A program made the position numbers and the translations under genes. A stretch of DNA of 64,000 nt from Salpingoeca rosetta (lineage: Eukaryota; Protista; Choanoflagellata), in contig JAWQFM010000018.1 in the NCBI GenBank assembly GCA_033442325.1, positions 574,617 to 638,616 on the forward strand, read 5' to 3'. The notes under the pieces were generated by a model. That model made no database searches. It was not told the DNA's origin and saw nothing but the letters and a program-made list of their open reading frames with translations. This document shows, piece after piece, positions 1 to 13,000 of the stretch. Position 1 is the stretch's first letter. Every line of letters begins with the position of its first letter.

Positions 1-263
1 TGTCAAAATAAAGATACCAATCACATCCAGCAGACACATAGGGTAACAACAAGTGGACCCAAACAAATGGCGTCACCCAGCACAAACAGCGAGCAGCGAA
101 GAGAGAGCGCGCACACACATAAACACACACACACACACACACACTGGCATCCACACACACACATAACACACACACTGGCATCCACACACACACATAACAC
201 ACACACTGGCATCCACACACACATAAACACACACACACACACACACACGCACGTATGCTGGCT

Positions 264-806
264 CTATTCGCGCTCATCTGCCTCCGGGATGCGGATGTCA
301 ATGTTGTAGGTGTTGCCCTGCCAAGAAAAGAGGGTGGCGTCAGACCCAAACACCATGCGCCGGCTGAGCTTGATGGCCAGCGGTGATGCCACGAGATACA
401 GCTCCTTGCCGTCCGGCGATGGGTGATACAAGCGCGCCGTCTCTGTCATGCACAGCTTGTCTGGTTCGAAAGGCCGCCGCAGGTTGCCAGCGTACACGAG
501 TTCCCAGGGCTCGTCGCTCGCCTGGCCAGTGCCCGTGGCTGTTTCAGAGGAACCAGGGTTGGCGTCGCCTTGCTCGGCGCTCTTGATGTACTGGTCCAAC
601 TGGTCCTTATCAGAGACGAGGGAGCCATGCGGCGGCAGCAACGTGTGGTACACCAGCGGCGTGTCGTCGCAGCGCAGAAAGTTGAACTCTCGGCCACACC
701 GTGATAAGAAAGGAAACTCCTCCTCATACCGCCCAGTCGTATTGGGTTCCACCCGTTTGAAGAAGAAGTCCAGGAATGGCTTGTCTGCGATAGTGTGTGT
801 GCATGC

Positions 807-876
<70 letters not shown>

Positions 877-1356
877 CAAGGATGGTCAAGAGGCACAACC
901 AACGAGTGTAACAATATACAAGCAACATTGCACGCTTCCCCCTGCACCCCGTTCGCACGCACCAGGAATGCACACACACACGCATACACACACATACACG
1001 CATATGCACGCGTATGGCTCACCTTTGAGGCAGGATGTAAAGTTCTTCATCATGCTGTCGTCAAGGAAGAGAAAGCCGTTGTGATCAATGTAGTAGAAGT
1101 ACTCGCGTCGGCCTTTCACCGTCTGCCCTTGCGTGTAGTTCAAGGAACTGCGGTTCACCCTCGAACTGGCCGCCGTCGTCGCTGATGCTGCATCTGTTGC
1201 ACGTGCTGCTTGACCTGTAGTGTTCGATGAGCCTGATGCACTGCTTGCAGCGCGATAACAGGCAACTCGCGAAGCAGCAGCAGCAGTGGTAGCAGCGGCG
1301 GCGGCAGCGGCAGCGGCAAGTGTCGTTGGCCGCAACCCAGCCAACCTCATCATCAT
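264..1356 (-). CDS. UPF0598 / C8orf82-like protein (DUF4505), 2 exons (1356-1023, 784-264)
   Basis: Motifs REYFYYIDHNGFLFLDD..KNFTSCLK and FLDFFFKR...FPFLSRCGREFNFLRCDDTPLVY join in frame across a GT..AG intron (1022-785). Ala/Arg/Ser-rich N-terminus resembles a mitochondrial presequence. Confidence 0.85.
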
Positions 1357-1466
1357 CAAGTTCTGCTGTGCGTTCCGTTACTGACTTTTATGGTGTCGGT
1401 TACGAAAAGACAAGTCGCCAAAGCTTCCAGCAGCCACTCCACCATCACCTCGATCACCCATCACAA

Positions 1467-1729
1467 TCACCCACCACCCTCCTCCTGCCCTCGACCACCG
1501 CCGCCACTGTTTCCGGCCGCAGGGCGCTTCTGTGCGAGGGCGTGCAGGCGCTGCTGTGCGCGCTGGAGGGCCATGAGCTGCTGCAGTGGGTCCTGCGAGC
1601 CGGCCTGCCAGTCCACGTGCGATCGTCGTTGGCGTCGGGGCTGCTCGTCCCTGTGTCGCTGAGATTGGGGTGTGGGTTTGCCGGATGCCGACAAAGACGA
1701 GGACGCAGATGGTGTGCGATCACGTGGCG

Positions 1730-1773
<44 letters not shown>

Positions 1774-3413
1774 GCTCGCTGCTGTGTACCTGTAGTGCCG
1801 ATGTCCACATCACGGGCATCAACGCCAACACCAACACTGGTACCACTCGTCTCCCTCATGCCGCCAGCAGCCTGTCCTGCAGACGACGCTCGCTGCTGTC
1901 TTTCCTCACCTGCGTTATCATCATCACTATCATCATCATCATCATCATCACCATCACCATCATCATCATCGTTGTGATCGCCGTTATAAACACGTGTCCG
2001 TTGCACTCGTACGTCACTGCCAGTCGCACAACGCCCCCTGTCGCCCGACACCGCGCCTTCTCGCGTACGCGCGCACGCCGCTGTCACATCCACTTCAACC
2101 ACTTCCTCCTGCTCTTGCTGCTGCTGCTCTTGCTGCTGCTGCTGCTTTTGGACGCGCTTGTAGTTGGCCAGCGTGGCTCGCGAGAGGCCCACGCGCGTGT
2201 TCATCACCGCCGCCTTTCGAGAGTCGCTCAGCGACTCAAGTTGCGCAAGGTCGCGGGCATACCACCCGCACTTTTGCGACATGCCGTGCACAAGCGCATA
2301 CAGCACACCGACAGCCATGTGCTCCCGCCGCTCCCGCACGCTCTCAGACGAAACAGCTGCACCCCCGCCACGTCTGCTGCCGTGCTGGCCCGCCACCGGC
2401 GTTGCCGCTGCTGGTGGGGTCATCCACCCCACAACGGTGTCAAAGAGGTTCGGTGCCGTGACGCTGCCGCACAGCTTGCGCACCTCCGCAGGCTCGTATG
2501 CGGGCTGCTGGTTGTCCGAGGGCTTGCCAAACGCTTTGAGCATCGCCGCCTTCACCGCCTCCACCTGTGCTGGGATGTCCGCCTGCTGCGCAATGCGCCG
2601 CTCCACTTGTGAGATGGCCCGCCACGATACAATCGGGCCAAGCGGGGTGGCCGGTGCAAGCTCGCCCAGCTGCTGGTCTGCGCTGAAAACGAGGCGCCGC
2701 CGCAACAGGTCCGGGTGGAACTGCTCCACCATCGTCCGCGGCATCAGGTACACATCGTGCGTTGGCAGGTATCCCACGTGTCCCAGACTGGAAGCATGTA
2801 CCTCCACACTATTCAACGCCAGCGGTGCTTGTTGTCGCCGTTGTTGCTGTTGGGGCTGCTCTTGCTGATGTTGGGATTGTTGCTGTTGCTGTTGACCTTG
2901 CTGTTGCGGTGCTTGCTGCTTTCGGTGTGAGGGTTGCTGTGATGATACACTCGCAGGTGGCCGAGATGCTGACTTGGAGGGACTCGAAGTGGAGTATGTG
3001 ACAGCACCCTGCTCGGAACTGTCCGACAGCGGCTGTAACAGCTCCAGCGCAGATGTAAGCGTCGTCTGTGCCACAACGTACCGCTTCCTCAGTGACTCCC
3101 GCTTCGCACGCTTTGTGGGAAGCCCAGTGTCCTGCTGCAAGCCTTCTTGCTCCTGCTGCACCAACTGTGTCAGTTGTTGTTGTTGCTGCTGCTGCTGTTC
3201 TTGAACGATGGCCGATACGCGACTGGCAAAGTCCTCGCCAAGCATGCCCAGCACCCGCTGGCGAGCCTGCTCCCTCCTTGCTCGCTCGTCTCCTGCGTGG
3301 ATGTTGACCAGTGGCACCTCGCCCTCATCGTCAGCTGCTGCCACCGACCCTTCACTGCTTGCAAGGGCGTCTGCCAGCCGAGCCACCACCTCAGCCACAA
3401 CCCGCTCAGCCAT
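1467..3413 (-). CDS. Intronless 648-aa Gln-rich protein of unknown function with a central globular region
   Basis: Uninterrupted ATG-initiated ORF with poly-Q and poly-D tracts flanking a ~200-aa complex segment (PTHDVYLMPR...GLSRATLANYK). Confidence 0.7.
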
Positions 3414-3509
3414 CGAACTTACTGTCTTTCGTTGGCTGTTTTGGTTTGGTGCGATTGTGGAAGATTTGTGGACATTATCATACAGATTTCAGCATGACGG
3501 CGGAACGTG

Positions 3510-5619
3510 ATGACCAGCTCAGTCAATCTTGAGTCGTGCTTGTGGGTTGTGGAGCGGGGTGGTCGTCGTGTTGACGTTGAGGATGCAACGACTGATGTCA
3601 GCCCCGAAGCACCCGTGCATGCATCCTTGAGTACATCCGTGAGTGCGGTTGAAAGGGTGTTGCAGTACTACTGCATACCACCTTCGGCAGTCGCCACAGC
3701 CATCGCTGAGGTGCGAACAAGCGTGTGCATGTGTGTGTGTGCGTGTGTATGTGTGTGCATGTGTGTGTGTGCGTGTTTGTGTGTCAAGAAGTTGCGTGCA
3801 TACTTGCTGCAACCTCAACCTCATGAATGTACGTACACTCATGTTCCAACTGTGTTTCAGGTCGCTGCACTTCTGAATCAAGTGGCTGGGTCCGTTGTGT
3901 GCTCGCACGCCACACCATACTGGTGTGCTCCAATTCTCCTCGCTGCGTGAGTTCAACTCCCCAAGCCAATACAGCGTGTGTGTGCACTTGTGTGGCTTTG
4001 TGCGTGTGTTTGTGCCTGCTTTCGTGGGTGCGTGTAAGGAAAAGGAGCATTCATCACCGACTATCAGAACCGGCTTCCACGATCAGCTTCCACAGCCGCA
4101 TCACTCACGTGTGGCTTGTGTCGTCCAACCCACCCAAAAAGGTGTCAAGAAGCTGGGTGCACGTTCAGCGCAGCAAAGCAGGGTGAAGCATGTGACACGG
4201 CCGTGTACGTGACCGATGCCCCGAGTCATCGAGATGACTTGTTGGGAACAGTGACGCTGGTGGCGGAGGAGGCAACCCCACAGCGTGCAGACATGCCACA
4301 GCCGTCTTCGCCTTCTCAACAACACGTGTCCAGCATCACCGCAATATTGCACCTCTACCGCCCAGCTCGGTCCGAGCCAACTCAACACCAGCCTGAGCCG
4401 TATTTATATCGGGTGCCCACATCAGGCACAAGCGGCGCTCCAAAGATTGTCTCTGGAACATACACCACCATCGCCACAGTCATAAACGACATTCAACAAT
4501 ACGCTGGTGAGCACATGTGTATTTGTGTGTATCTGACAACATCTTTTGCTGGCTCCATTACTGTGTTTTCATTGCAATCACACGCACCAAATGCTTGCCA
4601 TGGCCAGAACTGAGCTCGGACGATGTCGTTGCTGTCATGTCACCGCCCACGTTTGACCCCCACGTGCTGGACGTCTTCCTTGCGCTCCGCACCGGCGCCT
4701 CCCTCGTCCTCCTCCACCCCTCCATCCCCGTGAGTCGGCAGCGAGACGCGCAGCCCTGCACAATGTGCTGACGTGAGTGAGTGAGTGTGTGTGTGTGTGT
4801 GTCTGTGTGTCTGTGTGTCTGTGTGTGTGTCTGTGCGTGTGTGTGCAACAGTCTTGCGCTCAAAGCAGAACAGCGTCGCCCGCACTTCACGTCTTCAGAT
4901 GGCCGGTGACTTGCTGCTGGAGGCATTCACTGCTCTGCGCGTCACATACGCGTGTATGGTCACCACCGTCTTCACAGAGTCAGTTCCAATCGATGCTGGA
5001 CAACACTGTGCATGTGCTCGTTGACCAACTGACACGTGCCATCGCAACAGGCAAACAAATGTCACATGGCACCAGCTACCCAGGCTTCCACACATCCACC
5101 ACACTGTGCAATTCATCCCTCACACAGCCACACGCACACGATCACATGATCCACATTATCGTCATTCCCCATTTCGTGCAGGCTGTTGCAATCGCAATCC
5201 ACACCAGCAGCGCCAGCTGTCGGCGAGGGCACGAGTGCATTTCCACCTTCTTCTTGTCATCTGCGCCATCTCTTTGTTGGTGGAGAAATGTTCCCATCGC
5301 CCACCGCGCTCCTCCCGGCCTGGAACTGGTCGCACCGCTGTCGTCTCTGGAACATCTACGGCATCACAGGTGTGCGCATGTGTGTGTGTGTGCGTTGTGT
5401 GTGTGTGTGTTGTGTGTATTTGTGCCTGTGTATGAACATCGCATGATACGTGTTCTAACACGGGCTTACATTACGTTCAACACACACACACATACGACAC
5501 GTACAGAGCGTGCGGTGTGGCAGTTGTTATGCCCTGTGACCAGACCTGTTGTTGAGAGGTGCATTGCTATCAACACGGCCCTGCCAATCGGTTTTCCTCT
5601 CCCCAGCGTCACAGCACAG

Positions 5620-5685
<66 letters not shown>

Positions 5686-8600
5686 TTGTGTCCTTGCAAG
5701 TGCATGAATCCGCGCTCTCCCCACGCCACGCACTTTCAGAGTTGACTTGAGCACATCTGTTGTCCACATGTGATTGTGTGTGCTTCCAGTTGAACGATAA
5801 GGGCGTCCTGTTTGTCGGCGGTGAATACCGCAGCTGTCTCGTCAGTGATAACAACAACAACAACAACAACAACACACCACCATCAACGCATCACGGGTAC
5901 ACTGCACACATACTCAAGTATGCAATGTACGACCCCTAGCCACCCCACACGCTACCTTCTGTGCATATCCCTTCTCCAACCCGTTGTTCGCACACACATT
6001 CACACATGCACACACACACGTGCGTACGGTTGCATTGCAGGTTGTGGTCGACGGGCGACGTGTGCGCGCGTGTCGCTGATGCCGAGCTGCTGCGCCGCCT
6101 CCTCGCCGCTGCGAGGACAACCGGACCGTTCTTCCAAATCTTGGGCCGCAGCGATGATATGGTCAGCGAGGAGTGGGGATGAGGGGTGTTACGGTTGGTG
6201 GCTGAAGATCTGGACGTGAAGTGTGACTGTTTGTGCCATGCACATGACTCACACACACGCACACGCACACGCCTGTGCACATGATGACTCACACACACAC
6301 ACGCACACGCATCTGTGCACATGAACACGTTCCTGCACGCCAGGTGAAAGTGCGAGGGAAGCGGGTGTGGCTGGACGCGGTAGCGCGATGGCTGAAGGTG
6401 CACTGGCCCAACACGCGCCATGCCGCCTGCCTCCGTTACCAGACTGCAGGCAGCGTTGCTTGCAGGCATCGGCTTGTTGGTGTCTGTGCCACCGACACTG
6501 AAACACCGCACACAGCAGCAGCGACAGCGACAGCAACAGCGGCACCGAACGAACACGTCGTCACAGGCGCAGGTGTGTGCGTGTGTGTGTGTGCGTGTGT
6601 GTTTGTGTATCTGCGCCAAACTAACATACGTCGTTGTTTCCATTTCATCGCCCAGCTGCTTCTCATCCATCTCCCCCTTCACGCTCGCACACACACACGA
6701 ACAGCCCTGTCTGCGCTCAACCGCCGCTTGCGAGAGATTTTTGGTGTCGATGTTGATGCCATTGTAACAACACCAACGCTGACAACCACCTCCCACGGCA
6801 AGGTGCAATGATGACGCGTTTCTCCTTCATATTTATCCATGATGACCTCACGTGTGGGACTGTCGATTGCAGAGATTACGGCCATCTCTCGCAAGTCTCA
6901 CATGCACGCGTGCTGCTTGTGGATTCCAGCTGTGTCAGCGCCACTACGCATCGCTCGTGGAGAAGAACATGGCTACACACAAGCACGCAGCTGCCCATCA
7001 TGTGAGTCAAACAAGGGTGCTTTGGTGTCTTGATAGAGCAAGGGTGCTGATCATGTCGTGCACATAATCTCACTCACCACACACACACATACACTCTCAC
7101 ACATACACACACATTGCAGTCGTGGACGCTATTGCGAGCGAAGGAGGTGTTGCAGTGTGCGATGGAAGCAGCGGGCGTGTGCGTCCCATCACCACTGGTG
7201 GCCGGCTGGGGTGCAGTGTCGTTTGCAAGCGCTGGTGGAGACTCGCTCGCGGCTGCAGATGTGTGCAGACAACTGGAGGCCGTGCCCGGTGTTGTGTACG
7301 CGGCCATGCTGCACTCCCTCATGAACGACACGCTGGACGCGTGCGCCCACAAACTGCTTGCCATGGCGACGCCTGCTGACCACCGCGGTGCTGGCAGTCG
7401 ATCGGATGTGACGCGGAGTGCTGACCAAGTGGCTGCATCCTCCAACATCAAGCGCCAACAACAGCAACAACAACGAAGCGAGGCAGCATCGGTGTTGGAT
7501 TCACCACCACCACCCAAGCAAGCCAAGATGCAACGAGGTCGTGCGACTGCACTCAACAATACCACATCAAAACACACGGCACCAACAGACAGCACACCAA
7601 CAGACACAACACCAGCAGCGTCAGTGGTGTTGTCACCGCTCCCACCGTCACTGCCGCCTGGACGTGTCATATCCCGCGTGTGGCACGCTCGCACTGCACC
7701 CACCACACATGATGATGACAACCAGGGCGCCCACAACACAGCAAATCAAGGCGTTTGGGCCTGCGAGAACGTGACTGTGGTGAGAACCAGATCCAGGCAC
7801 CCTCCTACACCCACCCAGACACAGACCCACACCGCGGCTGACACCGTCGCTGGCCCGGCCACGTCGCCAGCTGCTTGTTCGTGCCACGTGCGGTGGACGC
7901 AGGACATGGGTGCGTGTGTGGATGCAAGCCCAACCCTGCACGTGTGCGATGACGATGAGACGGGCACACATCCGCAGCGCCGCGTGTACATTGGCAGCCA
8001 CGCCGGCATCTTCGCGTGCCTGGACGCAGCGTCCGGTGCCGTGCTGTGGAAGGACACCTTTGACGGGCGCATTGAATCCGCGGCGTGCATTTCCTCATGC
8101 GGGCGGTTCGTGGCGGTGGGCTGCTACACTGGCGAGGTGCGCGTCTATGGCGGCGTCACGGGCGAGCGCTGGTTTTCCACGGCGCTCCCTGATGCAGTTC
8201 GATCGCCCATCCGCTACGATCTGGGGTCCCGCCTCTTCTTCGTCGCGTGCTATGACGGGCGCCTGTATGCACTTGATCCCAACCGCCGCACGTGCTTTGC
8301 ATGCCGCCATCCAGCGCCAACCACTCAAGGTGGCCCCCTCGCCGCCCCGCCGTGCTTGCTCAGATGCTTGCAAGCACCGGGCGAGGAGGGGGAGAGGGAT
8401 TATGAACGCACTCACATGGACACAGCCGTCGTCGAAGAAGGAGTAGCAGCCATATTGCGCAAACAAACAAGCAGTCCACGACACGGGTCTTCCCCTGTCA
8501 CCAGCAGCAGCACCAGTACCAGCAGCAGTCGAGGGACAATGGCACTGTGCATCACAGCATCGCTGCGGGGTCACGTGACGTGCTTTCAGTATGACTACGA

Positions 8601-9357
8601 GGGCGATGGGAAACCTGGAACTGGCGGAGATGGCAGTACTTGCACGATGCTGGAGCACCTGCTTTGGAGACACAAGGCCACCCACCCCATATTCGCTGCG
8701 CCGGTTGCGCTGGCACACGCGGGAAGCAGCCCGCCGCGTGTGCTCATCTGCCTGGTGAACGGGGTGGTGATGTGCATGCACGCAGTGCAAGGACAGTTGC
8801 TGTGGCGCTTCAATGCGGACGCAGACGTCTTTGCCGCGCCCCTCGCCGCTGTTGTTATGCCGCTGCGCTCATCTTCATCTTCCCGTGAAGACCCAGACAC
8901 ATCCACAGCACCAGCACCCGTGCCCTCAAGAGACAGAGACGAACACGGCAATTGTCGCGCGAGTGCCGTGACCACCACCGGCCAGTGGCTCATCATCGTG
9001 TGCACCAAAGCCGGGGCAGTCATTGCACTCAGTGGCCACGGGGATGTGCTGTGGCGACGTGCTGTTGGCGAACACAGCATCACCGCCAACGCCACGATCG
9101 TTTATCCCAGTGGAGATGATGATGATGTTCATGATGTGGCCCAAGTTGCCGTCGTGACGACAGACGGGCACTTGTTCTTGCTGCCGCTGTTTGAGGAGGA
9201 GCTGGGCCAAAGGGATGGCAAGCGAGGTTGCAGCCGTTCTGTGTGCCAGTTTGGCAGCCATGTGTTTGGCACGCCCTCGTGTGTTGAAGACAGCATGTTT
9301 CTTGGCACTCGGGATGACATGGTCATGCGGTGCGACATAACAAGGTTGTGTGAGTGA
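3510..9357 (+). CDS. AASDH: AASDH/ACSF4-like beta-alanine-activating NRPS-like enzyme (adenylation + carrier + PQQ-type beta-propeller), multi-exon
   Basis: Adenylation motifs across exons: YRVPTSGTSGAPK (~4400-4445), TFDPHVLD, GGEMFP, NIYGIT|E, WSTGD, GRSDDMV|KVRGKRV, TSHGK. Carrier motif GGDSL (~7235-7250). C-terminal propeller motifs VDASP, IGSHAG, GRIESAA, VGCYTG, VACYDG, LGTRDD. Start codon uncertain. Confidence 0.85.
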
Positions 9358-10020
9358 AACGGTGGCATGTAGTGTGTGATTGTGTGATTGTGATGTCGTG
9401 ACGAGGAAAATAAATGGAACGTTGTTAGCAATGTGTTGTGTTGTGACTTCGGTTTCCAAACACATTTTGTGTCGACACACCAGCGAAGCGGAAGTGAATG
9501 CGTTGTAGCCCGCATCATCAGGTCGGCATTTCACTTGTGTACAGCGTCACTGCAGCAGCTGAACGATTTACACGACTGTTGTACATGCACACGTGCAGCA
9601 TCTCATCTTGCAGGAATGCAAGATCAATCAACAAGAGGCTGCGCACCCTGTTGCGTCACCGCAGCGAAAGTGCCAACGACTGCAACTGGAAGTTCCTTTT
9701 ATTCTCGACGCGACAGAGATGAAGCAGTTGCTGGATGAACATATGGAGGCAAGAGAAGTGACGTGGGAGTGGGGATACTCTTCATGGTGCTGCTTTGGGG
9801 TCGGAAAGAGCGTGACGTTGTGTTGATCTTTGCTTTTGTGGACGGTTGTACAATGGTCAAGGGATCGAAACGGATGTATTGATGAGGATGAAGCAGAACG
9901 AGAGAGTCGACGCGAATGGTATTGAACGCAGGAGGACAGAATGAATGAGAACTACGACGGAGAAGTGAAGCACGAAATTGAACAATACTCAAAGCAACAA
10001 CAGCGTCACACACACAGTGG

Positions 10021-13000
10021 TCAGGCGTTTTCCTCATGAAATGACCGCTGCCATTCGCGCGTGTTGACACAAATATTGTGCCGTTCACCAAGGGTGCCCT
10101 CAGCTGCTGCTCGCAGCGGCTCCAGGTCGCTGTCGGGTGAAAGGTACGGCAGGTTGCTGCCTTGTGGGCAGTTTGATTTCAGCCAATGGATGAGGCCTGG
10201 TCCATCCAGCCTGCGGGTATCTGGCATCTCACAGCTGGTGGCAAGGCTGCTCATTTCCGCATCATTCAGGTGGCGGATCTCGTGCTCAATGTCCGCCAGC
10301 ATCTTCGCTGTCTGCTTCGCCTTCGGGATGTTCTTCTCTTTCACAAGCTCTGGGTCGGTCAGCAGCGTGAGCCAGTGCTCATGAAAGTACGCGAGCCTCA
10401 ATGAGCCAGAGTCTCCATCCCGGAATACCAGCTTCGACTGCTCCAAGCGTCGAACGTAAAGTTGATGCTGTTCCGGTGCTACGCCTGCGGGAGCAGTAAG
10501 TCGTTCCAAAGCCTCACTTGTCGACTTCACCGCCGTGTGAACAGCCCGTGTTGTGACGTCACGTTTCAGCAACACGTGGTGTTCTCGTTCGTGATCATCG
10601 GCACCGGCGATCAGTAGGCAGCGCTTCTGGAGTCGAAGTGATGGAAACTGTTTGTGCAGAGCGTCTACAACCACGAGCATGGCCAGATGAAGCAGAAATG
10701 AGTCAGCGCCCACCGCGACGACGTCCAGCACACGTCTGTGCTTGACATCCGTCACACATGTGGCCAGGTAGCCGTTGTCGCTCATCTTTGCCACAAACAT
10801 GCCCTTGCTCAAGTGCAACGGGTCTCCATTCAGCTCCTTCACAACATCAAACAATTCCTTCACCACGGCCGGCCAGCACGTTGGCGGCAGAAACTGCAGC
10901 TCGTCCAAGCACTGCAGACGACGTCCGGCAATGCCAGCGCCATGAGCATCGGCACGAGCGTTGAGTCGCTCGACGATCTTGCCATGCACACGTTTGCGCG
11001 GCAGCAGAGCAGGGAAGGTGTATCGCTGGCCATCCAGGCGAAAGCAAACACCGAAGGACGCCAGAAATGGAAGCAAACCCTCCTCATGCTCAACCGGAAC
11101 GTACACACCACGGCATGACAGCACACCTGCGGCTTCGGCACCCTCAACGCCAGGCAGGAAAGTACGGTCGCTTGAATCATCCGCAGCGCACGTCATCCTC
11201 AGACCATGAAGCGGGTGCAAGAGGAAAGCCATCAGCTTGCTCAGCCACGTGACTGGTTTGAGCACACACTCATCTTCATTAGAGGGGATACGCCGCAAAA
11301 CGCCAGCATCGTGGAGGAAGCCAAGAATCAGGTCACGGTCCTTGTCTTTGACAGCAATCTTGGATGCTGAAACAACGGGCCACCCCTTCACCTCCTCACA
11401 CTTCGCCAGCTTTTCCACGCCCTCCTTGATCGCCATGTACGCCTTGGCACTTGGAAGTACGGCACCCCTTGCTTGCGCAGTGCCCACAGCTCTGCATCCA
11501 GCGCGGTCAGATCTCCGCCACCTGGCTCGTCGTAGCGCGTGGCGAAGCAGCGGCTTCCAAGGTCAAACCGCTTGCCGACACGGCGCTGAAGTGTTTGCAG
11601 CAGATGCTGCAGGCCCAAATCCTCACGCGCACAATCGGTCTTGGTGGCGACAAGCCGCACTTGGATGGCATCTGCAGCACCATCACCGTTGTATGGAAGG
11701 CATGCCTTGAGCAGGTCCAACCAAACGTGAATGCGAGCATGTGCATGCTTGAAACCCTTGGAGGCATCGAACACCAGAATGTACACGGCCATGTGCGAGG
11801 CCATGAAGAGCTGGTGGGCAGGGAAGAACTCAAGCTGGCCAGCAAAATCCCACAAGTCGAATCTGGTCGTGCTTGTGGGGTCGTCCTCATGGTGTGTTTT
11901 TGAAACGCGCCACTCATCCACGTGAACGCCCTCTGTCCACACGTGTGGGATTTGGAGCAACAGCTGAAAGGGTCGCCTCCGACATGAGTGCAACGTCACG
12001 TCTTCGGCAAGCAGAAACCGGTGCACATCCGCGAGCTTTCGCTGCACACGCTTCACTGCCTGCCCTCGGCTCTCACTGCAGAAGATGTCGTCCTTCAGCT
12101 CCTGCTTCGAACGCGTCAGGAAATCCTCGCCCGTGACGCCGCGTGCGTCGAGAAAGTGCTTGTCGAAGAAGCCATCCTCTTGCGCAAGGTCCTTGTCGAT
12201 CCAGTGCCGAAAATCGGCCAGCCTTGACGATGGAGGGCGGTGGGTAGGCGATGGGATCGAAGCCGAAGCGGATGTTGGGAATGTGTTCGGTGTGGAGGAA
12301 GTCCGTGGTCAGGACGGTTATGCCGCAAGAGTCAAGGCTGTTGTTGCCGCGCAAGAGAGCACGGGTTGCATGTTTATCAAAACTATCGCAAGTGAAAGAC
12401 AGCAGTGTGTGTGTGTGTGTCTGTTTCACACAGCAGACGCAATTCGTGCCCAACACAGGAAGACCGCAACGTGGTCATGGACAGGCATTGTAATCACAAG
12501 AAGAAATGAGACTACAGGTGTTTGTGCAGCTGCACTGGGACATGTACATAGTTCACACCAACAGACACGTGCCTGAGTGACTGAAGGTTCTGCAGCTGCC
12601 CAAGTACTGGTACAAGTGCTCTCAGTCTCATGCCGTCAGATCCAAATATGTTACCACGCAAGCTGTCCAAGGCGAGGGTCACAGCCGTGCGTAGCGACAG
12701 GGATTGGGCAAGAACTATGAGCACAGCCGAACAAGGAACCGTTTGCACATGTACGCAAGCATCAACATGTTGCAAACATGATGCTGTGCGCACGTCGACA
12801 CAAGCACAACAAGCACACACACACACACACACCACACACACACACAACGCATCTGTACACAAGGCACGTGACATACTTGAGGGACTGTAGACGCTGAAGC
12901 TTCCCGAGTGCTGGTGCAAGTGCTCTCATGCCGTCAGGTCCAAATGTGTTGCCACTCAAACTGAGTGTTACAGCCGCATGTTAGGGGACTGACAGGATCA

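Noticed and set aside
1320-2612. 430-aa plus-strand ORF overlapping the Q-rich gene
   Set aside because: Antisense shadow (poly-L/poly-I from CAG/GAT repeats), non-ATG start.
9498-9826. Short ORFs between the AASDH and ROCO 3' ends
   Set aside because: No recognisable domain or convincing exon chain; probably 3'UTR/intergenic.
11440-11450. Programmed frameshift in the ROCO gene
   Set aside because: No slippery heptamer or stimulatory structure seen, and a second lesion exists upstream; decay or sequence error is simpler.
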